Assembly (NCBI GenBank): GCA_026683435.1
Contig: GCA_026683435.1_4866.1
Strand: one strand, 5' to 3'
Source of the DNA: a phage
Length of the DNA stretch: 64,000 nucleotides
The position numbers and the translations under genes are program-made. This document shows, in pieces, positions 1-9,924 of the stretch. The notes under the pieces were generated by a model. The model was not told the DNA's origin. It searched no databases and saw nothing but the letters and a program-made list of their open reading frames with translations. How positions within the stretch are numbered: position 1 is the stretch's first letter; each line of letters opens with the position of its first letter.

Positions 1-393
1 ATCGGCATCGATATCATCGTATAGTTTACCCTGACGGTTTAATACGTTCAGAATACGTTGCAGGGACTTGATACAGTTACCGCGTCCTGCGTTGATGCCG
101 AAGTCAAACATCCGGTCAGCTAGCAGGACATTCATTTTCATAATCTGGTCTAAGCGCATCCGCTGCCACCAGAGCTTGTTGTAAATGTCTAACGCGATTT
201 CTAAGCTCAGGTCACGCATATCCCCTTTATAGCCATATTCTCGCGCAGTGAGTTCAGTGACACCGCGGTTCGTTGCTTTGCCCAAATCTTTCGGGTTATT
301 AACGTAACCGGCTTCGATGTTTACTTTGGCACGAATAATGCCCTCTTTACTCCAACGATCGACCACGATAACCTCCTGAGTTGATAGGGTCAT
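1..393 (-). CDS. endolysin, GH108-type lysozyme catalytic domain (partial; 3' end lies beyond window start)
   Basis: ATG at 393-391, open to window edge (131 codons). Translation ...SKEGIIRAKVNIEAGYVNNPKDLGKATNRGVTELTAREYGY... fits the GH108 signature E-G-G-Y-V-x-D-P-x-D-P-G-G-x-T-x-x-G-I-T. Confidence 0.7.
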   Translation of the reverse strand, partial: MTLSTQEVIVVDRWSKEGIIRAKVNIEAGYVNNPKDLGKATNRGVTELTAREYGYKGDMRDLSLEIALDIYNKLWWQRMRLDQIMKMNVLLADRMFDFGINAGRGNCIKSLQRILNVLNRQGKLYDDIDAD

Positions 394-428
394 AAAAAGA
401 AAGCCTCTTCCCCGTGGGGAAGAGGGCA
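394..428 (-). terminator. rho-independent terminator after gene 472..2649
   Basis: Stem cctcttcccc / ggggaagagg with GTG loop; T-run on minus strand (plus-strand aaaaagaaag precedes the stem). Confidence 0.65.
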
Positions 429-471
429 TGGATTATCTTTAGGCTTTAAACCCGTCAAGTTCCTCGTTAAA

Positions 472-2649
472 TTACGATAACGGTATCGTTGGCCGCACCC
501 ACGGTTTAGGGGCAGATTTGGTATACGGATTACATTCCATCATTTTACCGAGATACGCATCGTAATACACGAAGCGATCGACGTAGAACTTCTCCACCGG
601 TGCACTACTGGTAGCCGATTTCACCCGGTTGCGTTCCACAGCGAGGCTAATCGCCCCGGTAGGTGCGGGTTTTAGCGTGAACATCACCGCGCGGTTGTAA
701 CGCCAAGTGTCGTGCACAATATCAAACTCCGATACACAGTGTGCCATGATACCAAACAATGTGGTGGCTGGTAAGTTGGCTACAGCATCGCCGTATGGTG
801 TTCCCACCAAACCGCCGGGTATGTTTTGCTTTTGGAACAGCGTACCTGAAATAATCGTACCTAAGAACTCCACAACTACAGGCTTGGTTGGGTCGGTGAC
901 TTTATCTATCCCATCCGCACTGGCCAATCGGTTGGCATCTAAATCTGCGAGGTAGTCGAGGAACTCTTGGTACTCGTTGGTGACATTCGGTTTCACCGTT
1001 CCGACGGATACCCAGTTGACGATACTTTTATTCCCACCGACGGCTTCGCCTGCCATCCCAGGGCGAGTCCATGACATCCCGTCTTCACGACCGTAGACAT
1101 AGATCGGCGAGCCGGTAGCCGGGGTGTTCCATTGCTCGAACGCTGTATATCGTCCCGGCTGGCCCCAATCCCCACCCGGACCGCCATAGTAGCGACTCTG
1201 GTAGCCGGTAAATTGTGCGACGACTAACTGAGTAGCACCGCCTTTGTCACGGGACCCAGCTAAGCCGTTACGGTTATTGGTGCCGCTGGGCACCACCGCG
1301 CCTGTCCCGAGTGGCGCACCACCAGCTCCACCGATCTTGGTGGTGCTAAACGCATAGTAGTCGCCCCCACCCCCACCTCCGGCGATGGTGCCGTAGTTTT
1401 CGATGGTGACTTTGCCACGGAAGGCATCGGTAATGTGGATTGCGTCAGCTCCGTCTGCTGATGTGTTCGCAGGCAGAGAATAGACCATACCCGAACCACC
1501 ACGACCAAGAATGGTTCCCCGGTTAACGAAGTTCCAAACCACCTCGCCAATTTGCGGCAATTCGTCGATAACGAACGTCGGTTTCAGGTTGCTGTCGCGA
1601 TAAACGAAAGCCCCCGCATCTACGGTCACGTTAACAAACAAACGCCCGCACGCCGCATGGTTGGTCAACGTCGTGGCCCAGTAGCTGTCCGAAACTTGCG
1701 ACGTAGTTGTGTAGTTCAGGTTAAGGGTTTGCTCGTTATCTTGATAGCGTGCCACATTCAACGTGGCACTGCCCATGACTTTGTACGAACCCTCCACGGG
1801 TGCCAATTGCACTTGTCTTGGCCACTCGCCTGTCAAGTTCTCTACAGGAGCAATTTCGTTTACATCAAAAACACTCCGAATGCCGAGTGTCTCGATGGCC
1901 AGAGCATCGTGCAGGCTACCGGTGAAATCATCCGGGACGTATGTGGTTTTGCCTGCATATGTCTCGAGTTTGTTACGTGAAAAGAACACATACTTCGTTC
2001 CAAACATCCCGCTCCCCGGTCTAGCGGTCAAAGCTACGACGCTGTTATACGCAGAGGTTTGGCCTATATCCTCCGGGGACATAGGGGAGCTGACATCGAC
2101 TTTATCAAGATCCACGATCCGTTTGGTTGCATTAGAGTAGAAGTTAATCCACTGCTGTTTATTCGCAGCCTTTAGCGTGAGAATGATGTTGGTAACAGTG
2201 TAGACGGTGTTGATATCCACGTCACCGTTTATCACATCTAGCGTTTGGCTGCCGTACCAGATAAGACTTGTCTGTTTCGTCTGGAACGTGATGCGCGCAG
2301 CATTGTTTGTCCAAGTGATAGGCAGGTCTTCAAAGTCGTCAGTTAAAAAGGTAATCCCTAGTAGAGTGTCTAAATGCGGCAACAGTTCGTGGATGGACGC
2401 ACAAGTGGGAATGGCATCCAACTTAACCTTGGCGAAATAATCAGCAATATTTTGCTTCGTGACTTGGGCCGTAATTTGACCGTAATTTGAATACCCCGGA
2501 CCCCCTGTCAGTGTGACGTCTAGGGTTTTTTCGTCACGATGCGCCACGGACACCAGGCGTACGTTAGCGGGGTCTACTGCTTTGGCGACCGCGTTTTTAC
2601 GGTTGAGCGACCGAATCACGGTCGCCACTAAATCAGGAGTGTAGGACAT
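472..2649 (-). CDS. N-module paralog family, 725 aa, glycine-rich; putative tail-fibre/virion protein
   Basis: ORF track 725 aa. N-terminal blocks (TLTGGPGYSNYGQIT...NIADYF; LLGITFLTDDF) shared with array paralogs; Gly tracts; C-terminal ...SAPKPWVRP resembles the end of the 2664..3983 product. Confidence 0.6.
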   Translation of the reverse strand: MSYTPDLVATVIRSLNRKNAVAKAVDPANVRLVSVAHRDEKTLDVTLTGGPGYSNYGQITAQVTKQNIADYFAKVKLDAIPTCASIHELLPHLDTLLGITFLTDDFEDLPITWTNNAARITFQTKQTSLIWYGSQTLDVINGDVDINTVYTVTNIILTLKAANKQQWINFYSNATKRIVDLDKVDVSSPMSPEDIGQTSAYNSVVALTARPGSGMFGTKYVFFSRNKLETYAGKTTYVPDDFTGSLHDALAIETLGIRSVFDVNEIAPVENLTGEWPRQVQLAPVEGSYKVMGSATLNVARYQDNEQTLNLNYTTTSQVSDSYWATTLTNHAACGRLFVNVTVDAGAFVYRDSNLKPTFVIDELPQIGEVVWNFVNRGTILGRGGSGMVYSLPANTSADGADAIHITDAFRGKVTIENYGTIAGGGGGGDYYAFSTTKIGGAGGAPLGTGAVVPSGTNNRNGLAGSRDKGGATQLVVAQFTGYQSRYYGGPGGDWGQPGRYTAFEQWNTPATGSPIYVYGREDGMSWTRPGMAGEAVGGNKSIVNWVSVGTVKPNVTNEYQEFLDYLADLDANRLASADGIDKVTDPTKPVVVEFLGTIISGTLFQKQNIPGGLVGTPYGDAVANLPATTLFGIMAHCVSEFDIVHDTWRYNRAVMFTLKPAPTGAISLAVERNRVKSATSSAPVEKFYVDRFVYYDAYLGKMMECNPYTKSAPKPWVRPTIPLS

Positions 2650-2663
2650 GGTGACACCTTAGT

Positions 2664-3983
2664 CTATAGCGGTGGATACCAAGGGACCGGGGCGGTTTTG
2701 CTATATGGACTGTAGACCATATAGCCGCCTTTGCTTGGGTCGTAATAGATGAAATAGTTACAGTAATTCGAGTAGAGGCTCGTCATTTGTTTGGATTGGT
2801 ATCCGTTACGGTATAGTCCCTGGTAAGTAGTAGCTGATGTCGTGGTGGTGTAAGCAGTGTGGTACAGTACCCGACGCCGGTTAGCAATACTTTCTTGGAA
2901 CATCTCTTCGGTCGGAAACGCGTGTTGCATCAGCCGTCGAATACTCCCGGTACAGTATCGAGTGCCATACGGGGAACCCGTTAAATCATCCGCCGTTTCA
3001 GGCGATTCTGCCCGAGTCAACACGTACTCGTTTTGATACAACGTGACGCTCATCGAATTTGGGCTGGTTTCCCGGAAACTCATGTAACGCGCATAACGTT
3101 CGACGTCCTCTTCCTGCGCCAAATAGGCCACGTTATTTTTCGGACCAAAGTGCAAGAAGAACGGACGACGGAGATTACCCATATCCTCAGGTGGCGTCAA
3201 CTTCACGCAGTAATTGTACTCCCCACGCATATCAGGGTCTAAGCCTGGGTTGTTATTGCGTGTAGCGACATACCCATAGAGGTCATACGGGTTATCAGTA
3301 GCAGCATTACCGATAGTGAACGGGATGCCCGACCATGCCGACAGCGCCGCGATGAACTGGGTCATGTACGAGTTACTGTTTAGTCGCAGCGGGGTACCCA
3401 TTGGAATATTGATTATCTGTTGGGTGTACATGCTCCAGTCGAGTCGATAGACCGTGCTGTAAACATCCATGGGTTCCCAAGCCCCGGTTTCGGTGGTGTG
3501 GTACAAGTCGGCAAAGCTGGGCTCTTCACGAATAAAGCTAATAGGAATGTGACCCGTGAATGCGGGGTTATCCGATTTAATCGCCACCGTCCGATCGCCC
3601 GTTGCCACAGTGATCATTGCAAACTGGCTGTCGGGATACGTTAAATCGTCAGCAGTAAGCACCAACCCACAAGCTGCGGAAATCCGGTCGATGATGTCGC
3701 GGTAGGACGTCGCCCGATAAGGTACTTTAACCGGTACGCTGACGCCTTTAAAATACTGCGAAAGGTTTAAGCGGTCGTAGTAGATGTCCATCTTACCGCT
3801 GTAACCACCACCCTGTAATCCGTTTACCACTATACGGCTGTTGCGGCCATCGCGCAAGGCATTGGTTAAAGGACCTTGTAATAACGCCACGTTTGTTGCG
3901 TTGAGTGGTTTCTTGAGCTGCGGGTTATCACGATTAATCTGATCCCAAACCAGCTGCATGACAGGTTTGTTATAGTTGATCAT
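2664..3983 (-). CDS. N-module paralog family (A-type), 439 aa; putative tail-fibre/receptor-binding-like protein
   Basis: N-terminus MINYNKPVMQLVWDQINRDNP...GRNSRIVVNGLQGGGYSGKMDIYYDRLNLSQYF...CGLVLTADDL matches the family module; ATG at 3983. Confidence 0.6.
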   Translation of the reverse strand: MINYNKPVMQLVWDQINRDNPQLKKPLNATNVALLQGPLTNALRDGRNSRIVVNGLQGGGYSGKMDIYYDRLNLSQYFKGVSVPVKVPYRATSYRDIIDRISAACGLVLTADDLTYPDSQFAMITVATGDRTVAIKSDNPAFTGHIPISFIREEPSFADLYHTTETGAWEPMDVYSTVYRLDWSMYTQQIINIPMGTPLRLNSNSYMTQFIAALSAWSGIPFTIGNAATDNPYDLYGYVATRNNNPGLDPDMRGEYNYCVKLTPPEDMGNLRRPFFLHFGPKNNVAYLAQEEDVERYARYMSFRETSPNSMSVTLYQNEYVLTRAESPETADDLTGSPYGTRYCTGSIRRLMQHAFPTEEMFQESIANRRRVLYHTAYTTTTSATTYQGLYRNGYQSKQMTSLYSNYCNYFIYYDPSKGGYMVYSPYSKTAPVPWYPPL

Positions 3984-3993
3984 TGCAACGTCC

Positions 3994-4030
3994 TAAAAAA
4001 AGAAAATAGGCCCTTCGGGGCCTATTTTTA
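3994..4030. terminator. hairpin terminator (TTCG loop) upstream of gene 2664..3983, A/T runs on both sides
   Basis: aataggccc-ttcg-gggcctatt flanked by aaaaaaagaaa and ttttt. Confidence 0.6.
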
Positions 4031-4034
4031 GCTG

Positions 4035-4637
4035 TTATGGTGAAGTACGCTATCCCTTTAACTCCAGCTGATTCGACCTGCGTGTTGGGGATTATCCCGC
4101 TGAATGAGCCGACACAACAGCTCAAGTGCAGTGGATGAGTAAAACCCCATATTAGCTCCTGTTAGCTAAGAACCAATTCGATAACGTGGACTACCGACGC
4201 GCTACTGTTCGAAGAGATGTACGATGGTGAGTCTGGATAAGTGGCGCGATAATACCACGTGTTGGCGTTGCCAGCGATTTGATAGGCGCGTCTACCGACT
4301 GTACACTGCTATCAGATAACCAAACACCGTATAAATCACGTAGAGCTGGGAGAAGATCCCGCACGGTCTTGGCCGTTTGTGGTACGTAGACGCGCGGAGC
4401 TATTTAAAATAGATCTGATAATGTTAAACGGTCGTAATAAACCGTGCACTCCCCAGAGAAACCTTTACCGGGTTTACCTACCAACGTAATTACCGTGTTA
4501 CGACCATTCTTAGTGGTCTCGGCAGGAATACCCCTCACCCCAATCGAATCAGCGCTGATTCTTCCTGCGAGTTCAGGGTTATCCCTTACAACCTGTTGGC
4601 AGAGCAGTTCCAGTTCGGGTGCGCTATACAATCCCAT
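4035..4637 (-). pseudogene. decayed array copy: intact 77-codon N-module fragment (4404..4637) followed by non-coding remnant
   Basis: Fragment MGLYSAPELELLCQQVVRDNP...VYYDRLTLSDLF is about 74% identical by eye (57/77) to the N-terminus of the 6550..7968 product; no ORF in 3984..4403; 4130..4400 keeps residual nucleotide similarity to the 3' end of gene 4649..5548. Confidence 0.55.
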
Positions 4638-4648
4638 GAAGTCTCCTG

Positions 4649-5548
4649 TTAAGGCAGAACGAGTTCAAGTACCGCAATAGAACGTATTGTATCGGTTTCG
4701 TATCTACCGTTCGACGGCGACTCTGGGTAAGGTGGACGGCTGTACCACTGATTGTAAATGTCAGACATAGTCGCAAAGAGTGCAGATTGCGGGGCAGTAG
4801 TCGAATCGGTTGGACCGACCGGAAGGTCGTCAAAGCGCGGCAACTGCCCACTGTAGTTGTACAGGCGCGCGAAAGTGTTAAACCACTCACCGTCGAGATA
4901 CAGCTCGGTCTTACCGCTTCTAACGTTAGTCGTCCAGAATCTGTAGTCGAACAAATACGGCAAACGCACCACGTATTCGTAACCGTTCTTCGCCACCGTG
5001 CGGCGTTGGTTACGTGCAGTGGCCCAGCTCGGTACAAATCCATTGCCATCCTGGCCGTACATCAGCCCCTGGTTATAAATGAACTGCGGGCTAGCGTATA
5101 TTATCGCGTTATCGGACATAAACAGAATACGGTTTTTGTAAATGAACTTATGCCAGGCACCAACGGCGGAACTGAACATATTCACCACGAGGCTGTTCAG
5201 TTCCGTGTTAGTGAATAACTCTGTTGGCGTTACTGTTCCAAAGTATCCAGCGTGCCAGTCGCCGTATAACAGCTTCTGGGGGCCAGGCCCGGTGTCTAAA
5301 AAGAACCCTTGGGCGGTAGGGGTGTTGAAGACACGCTCACCGTCTTTAACCGCAGCTATCCAATAACGGTAAGTGGTGTTGTTTTCCACAGCGTTGTCTT
5401 CGTACGATGTAGCGTCACCCGGAAGGGTTGCCAGAGGCGTTCCCGGTGCATTAACATCAATGGTGGCGTTGCCCGGCGTCTTGCGATAGATTTCGATGCT
5501 ATCGAGCGCCTGTGGCTTCCGTTGTGCAAAGTTTAATGTAATAGGCAT
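4649..5548 (-). CDS. array paralog B'-type (beta-sandwich-like N-terminus + shared core domain)
   Basis: Track ORF 4649..5584 starts at TTG; first ATG at 5548 (MPITLNF...) 2 nt after the upstream stop. Motifs IEIYRK...TYRYWIAAVKD, GPGPQKLL...GYFGTV, C-terminal ELVLP shared with 7982..8905. Confidence 0.6.
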   Translation of the reverse strand: MPITLNFAQRKPQALDSIEIYRKTPGNATIDVNAPGTPLATLPGDATSYEDNAVENNTTYRYWIAAVKDGERVFNTPTAQGFFLDTGPGPQKLLYGDWHAGYFGTVTPTELFTNTELNSLVVNMFSSAVGAWHKFIYKNRILFMSDNAIIYASPQFIYNQGLMYGQDGNGFVPSWATARNQRRTVAKNGYEYVVRLPYLFDYRFWTTNVRSGKTELYLDGEWFNTFARLYNYSGQLPRFDDLPVGPTDSTTAPQSALFATMSDIYNQWYSRPPYPESPSNGRYETDTIRSIAVLELVLP

Positions 5549-5550
5549 GA

Positions 5551-6537
5551 TTAATCCTCGATAAGCTCGATTACTGGAATCCAAACACCGCCCGCGGTCG
5601 CACCAGCGACATGTTGTATACGCTGGAGGTTATCCACGGTATCAGTGGAACCCGCCGCCGTTCCGCGCGTCAGCCCCAACTTACGGTCTGGGTCAAACTC
5701 CTGACAATGCGCCCCGCGGCCACTCACCGCCGATCCACTTCCGAATATGCTGGTGTTCGACCACTTTATCAGGGACATCACTTTTTTCTTTTCTGGGAAC
5801 CAGCTACTTATCCCATAGATGAGTCGGTTGTATTCGCTATCGGCAGTATACGGTGACGCGTCATGGAGTTTACCGTCCCACTGTGCATCGAGTGTCATGA
5901 CCGGGCTTTCACTGTCGAGTGTTAAACCGCGCAGCAGGCGCATCCGATAGCGGTCACCCAACCACGTAAACTCCCCAGCCTGGTCAACGTCAGGTAAATC
6001 ACCATGACCGCCTTCCGGACCAGGTCCCGCCACACCGTACAGCAAACCCGCGTTATAAATCGCATCACGGCTATACAGCGTGTTGCCGTTCACACGAAGA
6101 CCACTAAACAGATACAGAATTTTACCGTCTAGCTGGAACTTCATCAAGCCCGGCTTAACAGTTGGGTCGTATCCAGAAAGGGCCACAAACCCTGGCGGAT
6201 AATCAGCCGCGCTAGGCAATTCACCGTACGCCACATACCCGTAATACGCAAAGCGGTCATCACCGTACTGTGGAGCCACGATGCCGATACCGCGACGGTT
6301 CTGAATTAGAATTGATTTCTGCGGACTGAACAGTGTCCGACTTCCCACTGTCACGGTGGTCATGTAGTAATACGTTGTCCCCAGTATCGCTGTTCGGTCA
6401 GTATACTCAGTTTCCCCGTTAGTGAACGTTGCCAGGGGTTCAGGTAATGCCGTACGCACCAGAGGTTTGGTGTCGCGGTACAGCTTCACGGTCGAAGCCC
6501 CAGGGTTATTGTTCGTCCAACGAATTGTAAAAGCCAT
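5551..6537 (-). CDS. array paralog B-type
   Basis: 328 aa; MAFTIRWTNNNPG...VKLYRD...TYYYMTTVT; core motifs AIYNAGLLYGVAGPGPEGGHG, RMRLLRG; paralog of 8915..9913. Confidence 0.6.
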   Translation of the reverse strand: MAFTIRWTNNNPGASTVKLYRDTKPLVRTALPEPLATFTNGETEYTDRTAILGTTYYYMTTVTVGSRTLFSPQKSILIQNRRGIGIVAPQYGDDRFAYYGYVAYGELPSAADYPPGFVALSGYDPTVKPGLMKFQLDGKILYLFSGLRVNGNTLYSRDAIYNAGLLYGVAGPGPEGGHGDLPDVDQAGEFTWLGDRYRMRLLRGLTLDSESPVMTLDAQWDGKLHDASPYTADSEYNRLIYGISSWFPEKKKVMSLIKWSNTSIFGSGSAVSGRGAHCQEFDPDRKLGLTRGTAAGSTDTVDNLQRIQHVAGATAGGVWIPVIELIED

Positions 6538-6549
6538 TGTCGTTACCTC

Positions 6550-7968
6550 TTATTGGAATCCATCCAACTCACCGTTAGTATCGCCCAGAGTAATTTTTGA
6601 AGGTTGGGCGATTTGGTCAGTCGTGAGAATAATCGGTCTAATCTTAACGCTAGCCATGCCTGTTACCGCGACGGAATATGCACGTTCATCATTGTCCGTC
6701 GTGGCAAGCAGAGGACGTGGATTCGCTGCAGCGGAGGTTTCCGTAATAGGCACCACACGAAGCGATTCGTTTTGGTCGATGTCTGTCAGAGTAACCACGG
6801 ACGGTGCCCATGTCAGTTCTGCACCTTCGTCAATCAACGGCACAGGTTCATTGGCAACATCAAACATCTCCAGGATTGGCCAAAAGCCAGAAGAGGTGTG
6901 GATGTATGTGTATGAACGATAGCTCCCACTGATAGACTGGTAATACGCTTGGTCGGCACCGAACTGGTGTCGTAACCACACGTAATCCAGGAAGTTAGCA
7001 TCAGTCGTGCTAAGAGTTCCCCATTCCCCATATACGTTCACCGACCCCAATTTGCTGGTCAGTGACAGGATAGAGGTGATTGACGGCGGTTTACTCCAAT
7101 CAGGCGCGGCGGCGTTCTCGGTGTAATACGGGATAGACATTCTGAAATAATGCGTTCCTTCATCATCCCGTTTTACCATGTATTTCAACTGTTCAACATC
7201 GACAGGTGTGTAAGTCGACTTCGGGCGAGGTCCTGCGTCTCCGGAATCAAATATTGCACCCTTGTTGTACAGGTCTGCCCAGGTAACGTTGCAAATCGCA
7301 CGGGTCGGAACAAACACTACCGCCCCATTCAGAAAGAATTTGAGCCACTTGATAGCGTAGCGGTTAGGCCAGTTGGTGCCGTTATAGAGGGCATACACCA
7401 TTTCATCAGATGTGAATAACTCTTCCGCGCTTACCAACCCAAAGAATCCGTATAACTCATTACCGGCCATTAATCCTTTTGGCCCAGGACCCGATTTCGG
7501 ATACATCGCAATCGGTTCGTAAACATAGGTCATCTTGCATGACCCGGTATAACACAAGGAGTTAGCGTGCGCCGTCAGAGTTACAGTTTCCGGCGTAGCG
7601 TATTTCATTAATGCAACGTTTGGACTGGTGATGTCACTCGCGGTTAAGTTCAACCCGTTCAATTCATTGAACGCCGGTAACGCTTCCGCATGGGTTTGTG
7701 CGCTACGTGGAATACTCACCATATTCGGGCCAGACTTGAACAGACTGGCCAGATTCAACCGGTCGTAATATACCGTTATTTCCCCAGCAAATCCTTTACC
7801 GGGTTTTCCTACCAACGTAATCTGTGTGTTTCGTCCGTTAACGTTTTTCGCAACAGGAACACCCCTGACCCCAATGGAGTCAGCGGTGATTTTTCCTGCT
7901 AAACCGGGATTGTCACGCACAATTTGTTGGCAGAGCAGTTCCATTGAAGGTTCTGTATACAACCCCAT
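6550..7968 (-). CDS. array paralog A-type (N-module + core domain), 472 aa
   Basis: N-module MGLYTEPSMELLCQQIVRDNP...GRNTQITLVGKPGKGFAGEITVYYDRLNLASLF; core GPGPKGLMAGNELYGFFG; C-terminal NGELDGFQ shared with 9925..11337. Confidence 0.6.
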   Translation of the reverse strand: MGLYTEPSMELLCQQIVRDNPGLAGKITADSIGVRGVPVAKNVNGRNTQITLVGKPGKGFAGEITVYYDRLNLASLFKSGPNMVSIPRSAQTHAEALPAFNELNGLNLTASDITSPNVALMKYATPETVTLTAHANSLCYTGSCKMTYVYEPIAMYPKSGPGPKGLMAGNELYGFFGLVSAEELFTSDEMVYALYNGTNWPNRYAIKWLKFFLNGAVVFVPTRAICNVTWADLYNKGAIFDSGDAGPRPKSTYTPVDVEQLKYMVKRDDEGTHYFRMSIPYYTENAAAPDWSKPPSITSILSLTSKLGSVNVYGEWGTLSTTDANFLDYVWLRHQFGADQAYYQSISGSYRSYTYIHTSSGFWPILEMFDVANEPVPLIDEGAELTWAPSVVTLTDIDQNESLRVVPITETSAAANPRPLLATTDNDERAYSVAVTGMASVKIRPIILTTDQIAQPSKITLGDTNGELDGFQ

Positions 7969-7981
7969 GGTATTTACTCCA

Positions 7982-8905
7982 TTACGGTAAGACTAATTCA
8001 AAAGCAAAGAACATCGTGGCCGAGTTCCCGACACCTGAGGTGTTACTAATCCCCATAGGCGCATAACCGTACGCATAAGCGAAAATGTTGTTGCTCCATA
8101 AAGGAGCTAATGCAGCAGCACCTGTTTCGTTAGGCTGGTAAGTTGAACCTTGCGCCGGTATTGAATCGATGGCACCAAGACCAATAGGCGGGAACTGTGA
8201 ACCGACAGGATACAAACGGCCCATTGTGTTTCGCCATTCACCGTTGTTGTAATCCTGTCCTGAGAGTGCCGCGTCGTACGGGACTGCGTAAGGTAACCGG
8301 ATACGGTACGTACGACCATCCTTCGTGACCTTACAATCTTGTTTGGTCGCCGTGGCCCCCAGCGGAACAATACTTCCGTCATCATCGGTCCCGTACATCA
8401 TGCCGTACTGATACGCCATTTGTACCGAGTTGCTTTTCGAATGCATCGTCGCTGGGAAGAAGACAATTCGCCCACGGAAAATAAACTTGTGCCATTCCTG
8501 AGGGTCGTAAGTAAACATGTTTCCCTGCTGCGCGGTTAACATGAGTTTTAACTCGGCAGTATTAAAGAACTCGGTATTAGATACCGTACCGAAATAGCCT
8601 GACGCCCAATCGCCACGCAAAATAGTTTGTGGCCCCGGTCCAGTGTCCGGATAGAACCCTTGCGTAATCGGATTGCCGATAAGTCGTTCATTATCTTTCA
8701 CAGCAGCTACCCAGTAACGATAAGTTGTATTCTTCGTCAGGGTATCGATATTATCTACGAACTCTACCGCGCTACCGGATAAGGTGGCGTGGGGTGTACC
8801 TGGGTTGTAAACGTCGATTGTTGCGTTCCATCCTTCCTTGCGGTAGATTTCAATCGCGGTAAGACCTTTGCTGGCTTGGGACGGCCAGCTTAACCGTATA
8901 GTCAT
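7982..8905 (-). CDS. array paralog B'-type
   Basis: 307 aa; IEIYRKEGWNATIDVYNPGTP...TYRYWVAAVKD...GPGPQTILRGDWASGYFGTV; C-terminal FELVLP. Confidence 0.6.
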   Translation of the reverse strand: MTIRLSWPSQASKGLTAIEIYRKEGWNATIDVYNPGTPHATLSGSAVEFVDNIDTLTKNTTYRYWVAAVKDNERLIGNPITQGFYPDTGPGPQTILRGDWASGYFGTVSNTEFFNTAELKLMLTAQQGNMFTYDPQEWHKFIFRGRIVFFPATMHSKSNSVQMAYQYGMMYGTDDDGSIVPLGATATKQDCKVTKDGRTYRIRLPYAVPYDAALSGQDYNNGEWRNTMGRLYPVGSQFPPIGLGAIDSIPAQGSTYQPNETGAAALAPLWSNNIFAYAYGYAPMGISNTSGVGNSATMFFAFELVLP

Positions 8906-8914
8906 GACTGCCCC

Positions 8915-9913
8915 TTACTCGACCAGTTCAAAGATAGGGTAGTAGCGCCCTTTCGTGGTGGGTGATAAATAGTTTATACGCTGAATCGTGGATACGGGTG
9001 TTCCACCGGCATTGTTAAAAATACCACGATGGAGCACACGGTCTTCCGCGGTATCGTGTTCCATACAGAGAACACCACCGCCGAAATACTGTGCCAAGGT
9101 TCCCAAAGTACCCTGTCCCAGATAAGTATAACCGATTGTTGCCCAGTTAGCCCAACGCTGTTTCTTCGGCACCTCGTTAACCATCGTGTAAAGTAAATCG
9201 TTATACTCACACGGGTTGGTTAGAGAAGCGATTTCATCATGGGTTTTCCCATTATAGTCAGCTACGAAAGGATACGCAGGAGGCTCGCTAGACGTCGTCA
9301 GGCCGCGAGGAAGACGCATAATGTACGTATCCCCTTTGTGGACTATCTTAGCGTCTTGTGGAGTGGCCGGTAGCGTTCCATGGCCGTTCTCTGGGCCAGC
9401 ATCGCCCGTACCATAGACTAAACCAGCTTGATAGAGGGAAGCCCAGTCCACAGGCGTATTCGGGAACTGCGACGTGTTAGATAGCATGTAATAGATCTTC
9501 CCGTTTCGGGTAAATTTATACAACGCCACACGATCGGTTAGTAGGTTAGGGAACATCGCCAAAAATGCAGGTGGCATTTGCGACGGAAGCCACTGTTCGT
9601 CGTAAGGAACCGCACCCATAAACCCTAAACGGTCGTCACCGTTTAGAATAGTCATTGGGCCTATCCCGCGTTTTACCTCAACAGTATATTTCTGGCTAGA
9701 CGATGCCACTGTTTTACCGTTGGCGGTTACCGTCAGAAGGTAATAATAGGTTGCGCCTGGTGTGGCGGTGGTATCACGCCATTCTGTCTCGCCATTTGAG
9801 AGCGTTGCAATCGGTTCAGGCAAAGCGCCTGGTGTGATATCTTTAACATCACGGTAGATTTTTACTACCGTAGGGATTACGTTTGGATTTTTCCAACGCA
9901 AAGTAAAAGACAT
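8915..9913 (-). CDS. array paralog B-type
   Basis: 332 aa; MSFTLRWKNPN...VKIYRD...TYYYLLTVT; LYQAGLVYGTGDAGPENGHG; C-terminal PIFELVE. Confidence 0.6.
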   Translation of the reverse strand: MSFTLRWKNPNVIPTVVKIYRDVKDITPGALPEPIATLSNGETEWRDTTATPGATYYYLLTVTANGKTVASSSQKYTVEVKRGIGPMTILNGDDRLGFMGAVPYDEQWLPSQMPPAFLAMFPNLLTDRVALYKFTRNGKIYYMLSNTSQFPNTPVDWASLYQAGLVYGTGDAGPENGHGTLPATPQDAKIVHKGDTYIMRLPRGLTTSSEPPAYPFVADYNGKTHDEIASLTNPCEYNDLLYTMVNEVPKKQRWANWATIGYTYLGQGTLGTLAQYFGGGVLCMEHDTAEDRVLHRGIFNNAGGTPVSTIQRINYLSPTTKGRYYPIFELVE

Positions 9914-9924
9914 GGATGATACCT

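Noticed and set aside
5548-5553. Programmed frameshift or fusion between adjacent array genes (e.g. 5551..6537 into 4649..5548)
   Set aside because: Each downstream gene has its own ATG 2-15 nt after the upstream stop with an SD-like sequence; tight spacing is ordinary operon organisation.
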